A DNA stretch of 64,000 nucleotides from an uncultured Gemmatimonadales bacterium (lineage in GTDB: Bacteria; Gemmatimonadota; Gemmatimonadetes; Gemmatimonadales; GWC2-71-9), in the NCBI GenBank assembly GCA_963795085.1, contig CAWCFX010000001.1:1088001-1152000 (forward strand). The letters are read 5' to 3'. The notes beneath the pieces are model-generated. The model was not told the origin of the DNA and did not search any database. It saw nothing but the letters and a program-made list of their open reading frames with translations. Position 1 is the first letter of the stretch. Each line of letters begins with the position of its first letter. A program made the position numbers and the translations under genes. This document shows, one piece after another, positions 41,153 through 51,146 of the stretch.

Positions 41153-42990
41153 GCATGATCCCGGATGAAATCATCGACCAGGTGCGGGACAGCACCGACC
41201 TGGTCGGGGTCATCGGGGAATCGGTCGAACTCAAGCGGATGGGGGCCGATTACCGCGGGCCCTGTCCCTTTCACGGCGGAACTCACCGCAACTTCGCGGT
41301 CATCCCCAAGAAGAACCTCTTCTACTGTTACGTCTGCCACGCAGCCGGGGACGTCTTCTCCTATTTCATGAAGCGGTTCGGGATGGACTATCCCAGTGCG
41401 GTGCGCGAGGTGGCGCGCCGGGCCGGCATCGTGATCCCGGAGCAGACCAGCCGCGCCGGCCCCGACCCCCGGGAGCCGCTGTACAGCGCGGTCTCCCTGG
41501 CCCAGGACTGGTTTGCCCGCCAGCTGGCTGAACTGCCGGAGGCCGAGGGAGCCCGGAAGTACCTGGAGGGCCGCAGCCTTGCCCTCGACATCGTCCAACC
41601 GCTTGGACTCGGCTATGCGCCGCTGGGCAACCTGTTCACCGCGGCCATGGCCAAGCACCAGATTCCCGAGGGAGTGCTGCTGGAGGCCGGGTTGCTCCAC
41701 AAGCGGGACGACGGCAAGGTCTCGCCCCGCTTCCGGGGCCGGCTATTGTTCCCCATTCACGACCTGCGGGGGCGGGTGGTCGGGTTCGGGGGCCGGATTC
41801 TGCGGGATGGCGAGCCCAAGTATCTCAACAGCCCGGAGTCGCCGATCTTTCACAAGGGGACCATGCTGTATAACCTCCACCAGGCCCGCCATCCTATCCG
41901 CAAGGCGGAAGCGGCGATCGTGGTGGAGGGCTACTTTGACGTGCTCCGGCTGGTGCTCGCGGGGATCGAGAACGTGGTCGCGCCGATGGGCACCGCCATG
42001 ACCGGCGACCAGGCCGTGCTGCTGCGCCGGTTCGCCCCGACCGCGATTCTCATGTATGACAGCGACACCGCGGGGCAGCGGGCCACCTTCCGGGCCGGGG
42101 ATGAACTGCTGCGGCGGGAGTTCCGGGTGAAAGTCGCCACCATGCCGCCGGGCGAGGACCCCGACACGCTGGCGAAGAACGGCGGCGCGGCCGCGGTGGA
42201 GGCGGTGGTCCGGGACGCGGTGGACCTGCTGGAGCGCAAGATCCAGTTGCTGGAACAGCGAGGCTGGTTCCGCAACGTCGAGCACCGCCGGGAGGCGCTG
42301 GACCGGCTGCTTCCCACCATCCGGGCGGCGAAGGACCCGATCACCCGCGACCTCTACCTCGGGCTGGTGGCGGAGCGGACCGGCGTGAGCAAGAGCGTAC
42401 TGGAGCAGGAACTGGCCCACGCCCCGCCGCCGCCCCCCCCGGCCCCCCCGTCCCGGGAACCTCCATCCACCCAGCGGTCGGCCGGCAAGGGCAGGGCGTT
42501 TCGGCAGGGCAGTCCGCAGGAGCGCACCTTTCTCCGGGTGCTGGTGCACTTCGAGGGATGGATCGAGCGGGCCCGCACCGACATTCCTCCCGGCCTGATG
42601 GAGTCGGCGGAGACCCGCGCGATCTACGAGGCGCTGCTGCGCCAGGGGGACCGGAACCTTCCCATCGACGTTCTCGATGGGCTGCCGGCGGAGTCCCGGG
42701 CCCTGTGGGGCGAGGTGAATCGGCCCATGAACGAAGCGGACTCCATGACCGCCGGCGACATCTACGAATGGGCCCGGCAGAACCTCGAGGCACGGCCCCA
42801 CTTCCGGGAGTATGAAGACTTCATGGACCGGCTCAAGGGCGCGGAAGGAGCCGAGAAGACCGCCCTCGCCGCCGAACAACTGGAGCGCCGGCGCGCGCTC
42901 AAGGAGCGATACCCCATTGCCGCAGACAAGTATTTCATGGGTACCGTAGGCCGCCGGCTGCGCCGCGAGAAGAAGGGGAACTCCCGCTGA
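41149..42990 (+). CDS. dnaG: DNA primase
   Basis: CPFH...CYVC zinc finger, KYLNSPES, VEGYFDV, YDSDTAG and DPD motifs. Confidence 0.97.
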   Translation: MSMIPDEIIDQVRDSTDLVGVIGESVELKRMGADYRGPCPFHGGTHRNFAVIPKKNLFYCYVCHAAGDVFSYFMKRFGMDYPSAVREVARRAGIVIPEQTSRAGPDPREPLYSAVSLAQDWFARQLAELPEAEGARKYLEGRSLALDIVQPLGLGYAPLGNLFTAAMAKHQIPEGVLLEAGLLHKRDDGKVSPRFRGRLLFPIHDLRGRVVGFGGRILRDGEPKYLNSPESPIFHKGTMLYNLHQARHPIRKAEAAIVVEGYFDVLRLVLAGIENVVAPMGTAMTGDQAVLLRRFAPTAILMYDSDTAGQRATFRAGDELLRREFRVKVATMPPGEDPDTLAKNGGAAAVEAVVRDAVDLLERKIQLLEQRGWFRNVEHRREALDRLLPTIRAAKDPITRDLYLGLVAERTGVSKSVLEQELAHAPPPPPPAPPSREPPSTQRSAGKGRAFRQGSPQERTFLRVLVHFEGWIERARTDIPPGLMESAETRAIYEALLRQGDRNLPIDVLDGLPAESRALWGEVNRPMNEADSMTAGDIYEWARQNLEARPHFREYEDFMDRLKGAEGAEKTALAAEQLERRRALKERYPIAADKYFMGTVGRRLRREKKGNSR

Positions 42991-43054
42991 TGCCCTGGGC
43001 GACTCCGCCCCGCTCCACCTGACCACCCTTTCCCGGATATGCGACCACTGCCCT

Positions 43055-43762
43055 ATGCATGCTGACCTGACCAAACTGCTCGACCTCCAGGCGAAGGACA
43101 GCGAACTGTTCCACCTGGACGACCGGCTCCGCCTGCTGGACGACGAACTGGCCGTCCTGGAAACCTCGATGGGGCAGGCCCGGGAAGGCGTCGCCGCCGC
43201 CCAGCGCGCCATCCAGGCGGAGTCGGTTCGCCGCGACGAGCTGGAACAGAAGATCGAAGCCCACCGCAAGCACCAGGAGAAGCGGCGCGAGAAGCTGGAA
43301 TTCATGAAGACCCAGAAGGAAGTGGCCGGCCTGATGGCGGAGATCGACCTGGCCAGGGGCTCCATCGTTACCGAGGAGGGCGACTGGCTCAAGTCCAGCG
43401 AACAGGTGAGTCAACTCGAGATGAGGAAAGTGGACGCGGAGCAGGGGGTGGCCGCGATGGAAACGGAACAGTCCGCGGCCCGCGCCGCCATCGGCGCACG
43501 GCGCCGGGACCTCGAGGCGGAACGGGCGGCCGCCCAGGCCCGCCGGGACGCCAGCGCGGCCGGGGTCCCGAAACCCGTCCTCCAGCACTATCTCAAGTTG
43601 CGCGCGTCCAGCACCCGCGCCGAGGTGGTCGTGGCCCTGGCGGGAGCGGCCTGCGGCGCCTGTTTCACTACCATTCCCATGAGCCGCAGGAGCCTGATCC
43701 GGGGGGGCGAGGCCATCGAAGGATGTGAGAATTGCGGCGTAATCCTGTACTTCGCGGGCTGA
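43055..43762 (+). CDS. Coiled-coil protein with C4 zinc ribbon (DUF164/CT398-like)
   Basis: Long coiled coil plus CGAC...CENCGVIL. Confidence 0.88.
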   Translation: MHADLTKLLDLQAKDSELFHLDDRLRLLDDELAVLETSMGQAREGVAAAQRAIQAESVRRDELEQKIEAHRKHQEKRREKLEFMKTQKEVAGLMAEIDLARGSIVTEEGDWLKSSEQVSQLEMRKVDAEQGVAAMETEQSAARAAIGARRRDLEAERAAAQARRDASAAGVPKPVLQHYLKLRASSTRAEVVVALAGAACGACFTTIPMSRRSLIRGGEAIEGCENCGVILYFAG

Positions 43763-43807
43763 CTTTTTGATGCGCCATTCGTCCCCCGCATCCGCTACCT
43801 TTCCCGC

Positions 43808-45526
43808 ATGACCGCACCTCCGTCCGCCTTGCCGCTCCGCTGGGTTCTCACTCCCGCGCCCCCCGCCGAACGGGTGCGCGCGCTGGCGGCGGACCTGAAT
43901 CTCCCGGAGCCCCTCGCGGCGCTCCTGATTCAGCGGGGGCATGCCGACCCGGGCGCCGCGAAACGGTTCCTGCGCCCGTCGCTCACCGACCTGGCCAATC
44001 CCCTGGACCTGGCCGGCATGGCCGCCGCGGTCGCGCTGGTCAGCGAGACCGTCCGGTCGGGCGGCAGCATCCTGGTGCATGGCGACTACGACGTAGACGG
44101 GCAGTGCGCCTCCGCGCTGCTGACCCGGGCCCTCCGGATCGGCGGGGCAACCGTCCATACCTTTCTGCCCCACCGGCTCCGCGACGGCTATGATTTCGGG
44201 ACGGCCGGACTGAACGCCGCGGTGGCCGCCGGGGCCGCGCTCATCATCACGGTGGATTGCGGGATCACGGCCACCGAAACGGTGCTGGCGGCCCGGGCCG
44301 CCGGGATCAAGGTGATCGTCACCGACCATCACCTGCCGGGGCCCGAGCTGCCCGCCGCCAACGCCATCATTAACCCCCAGCAGCCGGGCGATATGTCCGG
44401 GCTCACCATGCTCTGCGGGACCGGGGTAGCCTTCAAGCTGGTACAGGCCCTGGTGCCGGCCCTCGGCCTCCCCCCCAATCTTCCGTTCCACCTGCTCGAC
44501 TACGTCGCGCTCGCCTCGGTGGCCGACCTGGTTCCCCTGGTGGGCGAGAACCGGATCCTGGTCAAGCACGGCCTCAAGCTCATCGCCGACCCCCGCTGGC
44601 CCGGTCTCCGGAGCCTGCTCAAGGTCACCGCGCTGCTCGGCCGGGAGGTCAAGGCCAGTCATCTCGGCTTCATGCTGGGGCCCCGGCTGAACGCGGCCGG
44701 GCGGGTGGGCGATGCGGCGGACGGGCTCCGCCTGCTGCTCACCGATGACCCGGCGGAAGCCGACCGGCTGGCCGGCAAGCTGGAGATTCTCAACACCGAA
44801 CGGCAGGCGCTGGACCAGCAGATCCTGGAGGAGGCGCTCAAGCAGGTCGAGGAGAAACCGCTGGACCGCACCGCCGCCTTCGTGCTGGCTGGCGAGGGCT
44901 GGCATCCCGGCGTGGTCGGCATCGTCGCCTCCCGGGTGGTCGAGCGGTACGGCCGGCCGACTTTCATCGTGGCGCTGGACGGCGACATCGGCAAGGGCTC
45001 AGGGCGCAGCATTTCGCGCTATGATCTCCACCGGGCGCTGGTGGGGTCAGCCGAATTCCTCGAACGGTTTGGCGGCCACCACATGGCGGCGGGCCTGACC
45101 ATTCTCCGGACCCAGCTTCCCGCCTTCGAGCGCCGGTTCCAGGAACTGGCGCTGGAACAGCTCGACCCGGACCAGCTGGGACCGGAGCAGCGGGTGGATC
45201 TCGAGGTCGGGGTGGCCGACCTGACCCGGGGGCTGGAGCGGCTCTGCCGCTACCTGGAACCCTGCGGCATGGGCAACCCGGGGCCGGTGTTCGGGGTCCG
45301 GGGCGTGCGCTTCGGCGAGCGAAAGCGGGTCGGCGACCGCCACCTGAAGGGACTCATCGTGCGGGACGCGTCGAGCATCGCGGCGATCGGTTTCGACTGG
45401 GCGGACCGGGTACCCTGGCTGGGCGACGACCCGGTGGACGTGGCCTTCCGGCTGGAATGCAACGAGTGGCAGGGCCGGGAGTCGCTGCAGGCCCGGGTGA
45501 TGGGGATCTCGCCGGCCTCGGGCTGA
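43808..45526 (+). CDS. recJ: Single-stranded-DNA exonuclease RecJ
   Basis: GDYDVDG, TVDCG, TDHH, PRLNAAGR, GSGRS and GGHHMAAG motifs. Confidence 0.96.
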   Translation: MTAPPSALPLRWVLTPAPPAERVRALAADLNLPEPLAALLIQRGHADPGAAKRFLRPSLTDLANPLDLAGMAAAVALVSETVRSGGSILVHGDYDVDGQCASALLTRALRIGGATVHTFLPHRLRDGYDFGTAGLNAAVAAGAALIITVDCGITATETVLAARAAGIKVIVTDHHLPGPELPAANAIINPQQPGDMSGLTMLCGTGVAFKLVQALVPALGLPPNLPFHLLDYVALASVADLVPLVGENRILVKHGLKLIADPRWPGLRSLLKVTALLGREVKASHLGFMLGPRLNAAGRVGDAADGLRLLLTDDPAEADRLAGKLEILNTERQALDQQILEEALKQVEEKPLDRTAAFVLAGEGWHPGVVGIVASRVVERYGRPTFIVALDGDIGKGSGRSISRYDLHRALVGSAEFLERFGGHHMAAGLTILRTQLPAFERRFQELALEQLDPDQLGPEQRVDLEVGVADLTRGLERLCRYLEPCGMGNPGPVFGVRGVRFGERKRVGDRHLKGLIVRDASSIAAIGFDWADRVPWLGDDPVDVAFRLECNEWQGRESLQARVMGISPASG

Positions 45527-46041
45527 TGCGCATCATCGCCGGCGTCTATAAGGGCCGCCGCCTCGCGGCGCCCCGGGACGGCCGGGTGCGCCCTACCGGC
45601 GACCGCCTGCGGGAAGCATGGATGAGCATCCTGCAGCCCGCGCTGCCCGGCGCCCGGGTGCTCGATCTCTTCGCCGGCAGTGGCGCGCTGGGCCTGGAGT
45701 CGCTCTCCCGGGGCGCCCGGTCGGCGGACTTCGTGGAGTTGCACCAGGCGTCGCTCACCGCCTTGCGGCAGAACATCGAGGCGCTGGGCGCCGGCGACCG
45801 GGTCACCGTGCACCGGGGCGATGCCCTGCGATTCCTGGAGCGGGTCGTTCCCGGCAGCTATGACATCGTCCTGGCCGACCCCCCGTATACCATCGATTAT
45901 GCCGCCCAGCTGGTCGCCCTCTTCCGGGCGCGGCCCTTTGCCCCCATTCTTGCGGTCGAACACCGCGCCACCACCGTGCTCCCCGGCGACGACACCCGTC
46001 GCTACGGCGACTCCGCTCTTACCTTCTGCCACGCGCCATGA
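45526..46041 (+). CDS. rsmD: 16S rRNA m2G966 methyltransferase
   Basis: MRIIAG, RPTGDRLRE, LDLFAGSGALGLE and DPPY motifs. Confidence 0.94.
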   Translation: MRIIAGVYKGRRLAAPRDGRVRPTGDRLREAWMSILQPALPGARVLDLFAGSGALGLESLSRGARSADFVELHQASLTALRQNIEALGAGDRVTVHRGDALRFLERVVPGSYDIVLADPPYTIDYAAQLVALFRARPFAPILAVEHRATTVLPGDDTRRYGDSALTFCHAP

Positions 46042-46529
46042 CCCGACTCGCCCTCTACCCCGGCTCGTTCGATCCGCCCACCCGCGGGCACGAGGACCTG
46101 ATCCGGCGCAGCCTGGCCCTGGCCGACCGGGTCATCGTGGCGGTCGCCGCCAACGCCTCCAAGCAGCCCCTGTTCACGGTGGCCGAGCGGCTCCAGCTGC
46201 TCCAGACCGTCGCCGGCGATCTTCCCGCGGTCAGCTTCGAGACCTTCGACGGCCTGCTGGTGGATTTCGCCCGGAAGGTGAAAGCCGATATCATCGTCCG
46301 GGGCCTCCGGGCGGTCAGCGACTTCGAGTACGAGTTCCAGATGGCCCTGATGAACCGGCAGCTGCACCAGAAACTGGAGACCGTCTTCCTGGTCCCCGCG
46401 GTGGACCAGACCTATTTGAGCTCCAGCCTGGCCCGGGAAGTCGCCCGCTATGGCGGCGATGTGAGCGCCCTGGTTCATCCCGCGGTGGCCGAAGCCCTGC
46501 GGCGGAAGTTCGCGGCGCGGGCCCCCTGA
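46038..46529 (+). CDS. coaD: Phosphopantetheine adenylyltransferase
   Basis: YPGSFDPPTRGH, RGLRAVSDFEYE and LSSS motifs. Confidence 0.97.
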   Translation: MTRLALYPGSFDPPTRGHEDLIRRSLALADRVIVAVAANASKQPLFTVAERLQLLQTVAGDLPAVSFETFDGLLVDFARKVKADIIVRGLRAVSDFEYEFQMALMNRQLHQKLETVFLVPAVDQTYLSSSLAREVARYGGDVSALVHPAVAEALRRKFAARAP

Positions 46530-46558
46530 TCTCACCGTCCCCCACGCCTGGAATCTCC

Positions 46559-47041
46559 ATGACCACCCCCCGCGTCTTCGTTTTCGTCGCGCTCGCCTTT
46601 CTCGCCCGCGCTCCAGTGGCCGCGCAGGAGGCGGCACCCGCGGAGCGGCGGGCGGTCCTCGCCGCGGTGGACAGCCTGTTCACCGCGATGACCCGCCGGG
46701 ACTCCGCCGCCTCGCGCCGGGTCATGGTGCCGGGGGCGGTTTTTTACTACCTCGGTGCCGGCCGCCCTTTCGGCACCACCACGGACACGGAATACCTGGG
46801 GATGCTGGCCGATGGGGGCCCGGTATTTCTGGAGCGAATCTGGAACCCCGCGGTCCGGATTTCGGGACCCATCGCCATGGTCTGGACCCGCTATGACTTT
46901 CACCGCAATGGAAAGTTTTCGCACTGCGGAGTGGATAACTTCAGCCTGGTCCGGCAGGGGGAGCGTTGGCTGGTTGCCTCCATTACCTACACCGTTGAAA
47001 CCGCCGGCTGTCCGGAGAGTCCGCTCGGCCCCGTGTCCTGA
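46559..47041 (+). CDS. Secreted NTF2-like/SnoaL-fold protein
   Basis: Signal peptide; ERIWNP...AMVWTRYDF...FSHCGVDNFSL. Confidence 0.8.
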   Translation: MTTPRVFVFVALAFLARAPVAAQEAAPAERRAVLAAVDSLFTAMTRRDSAASRRVMVPGAVFYYLGAGRPFGTTTDTEYLGMLADGGPVFLERIWNPAVRISGPIAMVWTRYDFHRNGKFSHCGVDNFSLVRQGERWLVASITYTVETAGCPESPLGPVS

Positions 47042-47150
47042 GGGGGAGGGGGCAAAAGCGCGGCCCACCGGCCTGCCCGCCCCGCCATCTAGCCCCATAA
47101 GCCCAAACCTTGTATGATCTTATAGCGGTCGGTTCCCCACCAATGGAGGC

Positions 47151-47489
47151 ATGATGGGCTTCACCACCCAGAAGGATTCCGGGGGCGTCCTGGTTGTCCG
47201 CGTCGAGGGCCAGTTGATCGTGGGCAATCGGCAGGAGCTCAAGAGCGTCATCCAGGAGGCGGTGGACAACGGGGAGCGCAAGTTCCTCATCGATTTCTCC
47301 AAGACCGGCTATATCGATTCCTCGGGACTGGGCGCGCTGGTGTCCATCTCGAAGAAGGTGCGCGAGCAGGGCGGCGAGCTGCGGCTCTCCGGACTCAACG
47401 AGGATCTCCGGTCGCTGTTCGAGCTGACCAAGCTGGACACCCTGTTCGCCATTACCGATACGCCTGAACAGGCGCTCGCGGCGTTCTGA
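47151..47489 (+). CDS. STAS-domain anti-sigma factor antagonist (RsbV-like)
   Basis: YIDSSGLGALV phospho-Ser motif; LFELTKLD. Confidence 0.92.
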   Translation: MMGFTTQKDSGGVLVVRVEGQLIVGNRQELKSVIQEAVDNGERKFLIDFSKTGYIDSSGLGALVSISKKVREQGGELRLSGLNEDLRSLFELTKLDTLFAITDTPEQALAAF

Positions 47490-47491
47490 CC

Positions 47492-48010
47492 GTGCTGGAC
47501 CGTGAGCCGGCTCCCGGCGGGACCGCACCCCGTCACGAGGACGAGGGGCGGTCTTCCCTGCGGGTGGTGGTCCGCCGGGCCCCGGCCCGGGATGCCGCCG
47601 GGATCCTGGTCCGGGTCGAGACCCGGTTCCCCAGCGAAATTCACGCGGTGGAAGAGGCCGTTGAACTGATCGTACGGCATTGCCTCTCCGGCGCCGCGGT
47701 GGCGCAGCGGCTCCGCTTCAATCTCTGCGTCGCCCTGGCGGAATCGCTCGCCAACGCCATCATCTGCGGCAACCAGGAAGATCCCGTCAAATGGGTGCAT
47801 GTCCGGGCCGAGCTTCGGCCTGAGTCCATCGTCGTGCACGTTACGGACGAAGGCGACGGGTTCGATCCCGCCGCCGTCCCCGATCCCACCGGCCCGGAAG
47901 ACCTCGACGCCCCCTGCGGCCGCGGCCTCTTCCTGATTCGCAACCTGGTTGACGACGTCCGGTTCAACTCCAAGGGGAACTCCATCTGCTTCACGCTGCG
48001 CCGCAAGTAG
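47492..48010 (+). CDS. Anti-sigma factor Ser kinase (RsbW-like HATPase)
   Basis: ESLANAI, VTDEGDGFD and GRGLFLI boxes. Confidence 0.88.
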   Translation: MLDREPAPGGTAPRHEDEGRSSLRVVVRRAPARDAAGILVRVETRFPSEIHAVEEAVELIVRHCLSGAAVAQRLRFNLCVALAESLANAIICGNQEDPVKWVHVRAELRPESIVVHVTDEGDGFDPAAVPDPTGPEDLDAPCGRGLFLIRNLVDDVRFNSKGNSICFTLRRK

Positions 48011-48090
48011 CGCGGCTTCGTTCCGTCCTGGCCCAACTCGGTGAACTGGTCGGCGGCACGCTCCGCCTGTGGCGCTTCGATGGCCACCGG

Positions 48091-49590
48091 ATGTGCGGCC
48101 TGCCGGGTGACCCGGCCGGGTGGACGCCGCCGGCTCCGCCCCGGGAGGGAGAAGTGGACTCTCCCCAGGGCCGGGCCGTGCTGGTCCCCCTGCCGGAGGC
48201 CGAGGATGTCTGGCTCAGCCTGAGCGGTCCGGGCGACCTCGCCGCCGGCATTCGCCGGATCCTTCCCATCGCGGAAGCCATCTGTTCCTCCGAACGCCAC
48301 GCCTTCCAGATCTCCGACGAGCTGGCCAGCCTCTACGAGGAGGTGGACCTCCTCTACGCCATCTCGGACACGCTCGGCCGCACCGTGCAGCTGGAAGAAG
48401 CCGCCCGGCAGATCGTGCACGATGTGAGCAACGTCGTCGGCGCCAGCCGGGCATCCATCATGGTGTACGACGACCAGGCGGCGGTGCTCCGGACCGTCGC
48501 CGCCCGGGGGTTCAAGGCCGACCAGCTGGTCCCGGTGGACCCGGCGTCTGACCTGTCCATCGCGGCCCTGGTCTTCCGGGAGTCCCGGGTGATCGCCTAT
48601 GATCCGGGCGACCCGTCGCAGGAAAACCTCGCGCTGGCGCCGGAGCGGGGCTATCGCGGCGGGGCCTTCGTCAGCCTCCCCATCATGTACTCGGTGCCGG
48701 GCCTGCCGTCTCGATGTATCGGCGTGATGAACCTGACGGAGCGGCTGGGGAGTGATTCCTTCAGCCGGCGGGACATCAAGCTGCTCACCGCCATCGCCAA
48801 CCAGGTCGGCTCCGCGATCGAGAACTCCCGGCTGGCCGCCCACGACCTTCGGCAGCGGGCCCTGCGGCGCGAGCTGGAACTGGCCCGCGACCTCCAGTTG
48901 CGGCTGCTGCCCTCGCCAGCGGTGCTGCAGGGGGCAGCCCGGATCGCCGCCCGCTGCCACCAGGCCGAGTCGGTGGGCGGCGACTTCTACACGTTCAGCC
49001 GGCTGGGTGGCGGCCGCATCGGCGTCATGGTCGGCGATGTGTCGTCCCACGGTTTTTCCGCGGCCCTGGTCATGGCGCTGGTCCTCTCCGCGGCGGGCAT
49101 TCACGCCGCCTCGTCGTTCACCCCCGACGAGACGCTGCGCTCCCTGCTGGAGAGCCTGGCCACCGAGCTCGCCTCCGCCGACATGTACCTCACCGCGTTT
49201 TATGGCGTGCTCGATCCCGATGGCCGGCACCTGGTCTATGCCAGCGCGGGCCACCAGCATGCCTTCCAGGTCCCCGCGACCGGCGATCCGGTCCGGCTGG
49301 AGTCCACCGCGCCGCCGCTGGGCCTCGCCGCCGGAGACATGATCGAGCGGCGCGACCTCGAGTGGGACGGTGAGAACGACCTGCTCTGCCTGTGGACCGA
49401 CGGCCTGGTCGAAGCCAGGAACGAGGCGGGCGAGCCCTACGGTGAGCCGCGTCTCCTGGAGGCGATCATGCGCCGGCGCCACCTGCCGGTGGACGACATC
49501 CTGGCCGGCGTGTTTGAAGAAGCGGACGGCTGGAATCCCACGCCCACCGACGACCGCACCTTCCTGGTCATGCGGATGAAGGGCGAGTGA
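48091..49590 (+). CDS. GAF plus PP2C/SpoIIE phosphatase (RsbU-like); true start may be upstream
   Basis: GAF domain, then VGGDFY, GDVSSHG, SAGH, TDGLVE and DDRT motifs. Confidence 0.9.
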   Translation: MCGLPGDPAGWTPPAPPREGEVDSPQGRAVLVPLPEAEDVWLSLSGPGDLAAGIRRILPIAEAICSSERHAFQISDELASLYEEVDLLYAISDTLGRTVQLEEAARQIVHDVSNVVGASRASIMVYDDQAAVLRTVAARGFKADQLVPVDPASDLSIAALVFRESRVIAYDPGDPSQENLALAPERGYRGGAFVSLPIMYSVPGLPSRCIGVMNLTERLGSDSFSRRDIKLLTAIANQVGSAIENSRLAAHDLRQRALRRELELARDLQLRLLPSPAVLQGAARIAARCHQAESVGGDFYTFSRLGGGRIGVMVGDVSSHGFSAALVMALVLSAAGIHAASSFTPDETLRSLLESLATELASADMYLTAFYGVLDPDGRHLVYASAGHQHAFQVPATGDPVRLESTAPPLGLAAGDMIERRDLEWDGENDLLCLWTDGLVEARNEAGEPYGEPRLLEAIMRRRHLPVDDILAGVFEEADGWNPTPTDDRTFLVMRMKGE

Positions 49591-50408
49591 CCCTGGCAAA
49601 AAAATCGCTGGGCCAGCACTTCCTGTTCGATCCCCGGATTCTGGCGCGGATCGCGGACAGCCTGGCCCCGGAACCCGGAGAGACGGTGCTGGAAATCGGG
49701 CCGGGGCGGGGCACCCTCACGGAAACCCTGGCGCTCCGGGCCGGGCGCCTGGTCGCGATCGAGAAAGACCGGGACCTGATCGGGGGGCTCCGGGCCAGGT
49801 TTCCCGGGGTGGAGATCGTCGAGGGCGATGCGCTGGAGGCGGATTGGCATGCCCTGGCCGGGCCGGGGGCCTTCGCCGTCATCGGCAACATTCCCTACAA
49901 CATCACGTCCCCCCTGATTGACAAGGCACTGACCCCGCCCCGTCCCCGCGCGGTCGTCTTCCTGGTCCAGAAGGAAGTCGCCGACCGGGTGGCCGCTCCG
50001 CCGGGGGGCCCCGACTATGGGGCGTTGAGTGTGGGGGTGCAGGCGGTGGCGAAGGTGGAGCGCCTCTTCCGGGTTCCCGCCGGCGCCTTTTCGCCGCCGC
50101 CCCGGGTGGATTCCGCCGTCGTCCGGATGACGCCGCTGGACCCGCCGCTGATCGCGGACCGCGAGGTCGCGCCCTTTCGCCGCATGGTGGTGGGGCTCTT
50201 CGGATTTCGGAGGAAGCAACTGGCCCGGGGGCTGCGCGAACTCACCGGGGCGGGCCCCGAACAGGTCATGATCTGGCTGGGGCAGGCCGGCGTGACGTAC
50301 TCCCAACGACCCCAGGAACTCTCTCCCGGCCAGTTCGTGGGACTCTTCCGGACCATCACGGGTTCCCCGCGGGGGGGCGGAGCCGGTGAGCTAAGCGCTA
50401 TACAGTGA
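49587..50408 (+). CDS. rsmA: 16S rRNA dimethyladenosine transferase RsmA/KsgA
   Basis: KKSLGQHFL, EIGPGRG, GNIPYNIT, QKEVADR and PPPRVDS motifs. Confidence 0.96.
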   Translation: MTLAKKSLGQHFLFDPRILARIADSLAPEPGETVLEIGPGRGTLTETLALRAGRLVAIEKDRDLIGGLRARFPGVEIVEGDALEADWHALAGPGAFAVIGNIPYNITSPLIDKALTPPRPRAVVFLVQKEVADRVAAPPGGPDYGALSVGVQAVAKVERLFRVPAGAFSPPPRVDSAVVRMTPLDPPLIADREVAPFRRMVVGLFGFRRKQLARGLRELTGAGPEQVMIWLGQAGVTYSQRPQELSPGQFVGLFRTITGSPRGGGAGELSAIQ

Positions 50409-50454
50409 TAGACATACGCTTCGTGATTGCTCTTGGTCGCGGCTTGCCGTAGAT

Positions 50455-50472
50455 TTGTGAATCATTTCACAA
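50455..50472 (+). promoter_or_regulatory. Rex operator
   Basis: Perfect TTGTGAA-TCAT-TTCACAA palindrome 6 nt before the rex ATG. Confidence 0.92.
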
Positions 50473-50478
50473 AGCATC

Positions 50479-51099
50479 ATGCGCAAGATCGCCGAGTCAA
50501 CCGTCCGCCGTTTGTCCCTGTACCTGCGGTTCCTTGAAGAGTTCGAGGAACAGGGCATCGCCACGGTCAGTTCCGACGCGCTGGCGCTGCGCGGCGGCAC
50601 CACCTCCGCGCAGGTACGGAAGGACCTGTCGTTCTTCGGGTCATTCGGCAAGCGGGGCATGGGGTACGCGGTGCCGGAACTGGCCAGCCGGCTGCGGGAG
50701 ATTCTGGGTCTGGGGCGGGAATACCGGGTCGTGCTGCTGGGGGCCGGCAAGATCGGCAGCGCCCTGATCCAGTACCGCGGGTTCCAGCGCCGGGGTTTTG
50801 ATATCGTCGGGATCTACGACATCGACCCCGCCAAGATCGGCCGCCGCTGGAACGGCCTCACCGTGAGCGACATCGCCAGCCTGGAAACGGAACTGGCCGG
50901 AACGAGCACCGACATCGCCGTGCTGGTGACCCCGGCGGAGGTGGCCCAGGAACTGGCCGACCGGCTGGTACGGCTGGGCATCAAGGCGATCCTGAACTTT
51001 GCACCCCTCCAGCTGTCCGTGCCGGACGATGTCTCGGTCAAGAACGTGAACCTGGCCCTGGAACTGGAAGCGCTGAGCTATGCGTTGACCAACCGGTAG
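50479..51099 (+). CDS. rex: Redox-sensing transcriptional repressor Rex
   Basis: RRLSLYLR, QVRKDLSFFGSFGKRGMGY, GAGKIG and ILNFAP motifs. Confidence 0.97.
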   Translation: MRKIAESTVRRLSLYLRFLEEFEEQGIATVSSDALALRGGTTSAQVRKDLSFFGSFGKRGMGYAVPELASRLREILGLGREYRVVLLGAGKIGSALIQYRGFQRRGFDIVGIYDIDPAKIGRRWNGLTVSDIASLETELAGTSTDIAVLVTPAEVAQELADRLVRLGIKAILNFAPLQLSVPDDVSVKNVNLALELEALSYALTNR

Positions 51100-51146
51100 C
51101 CACCGGGGCCACGCCACCCGTCACCCACCGGTTGTAGATTGACTCC

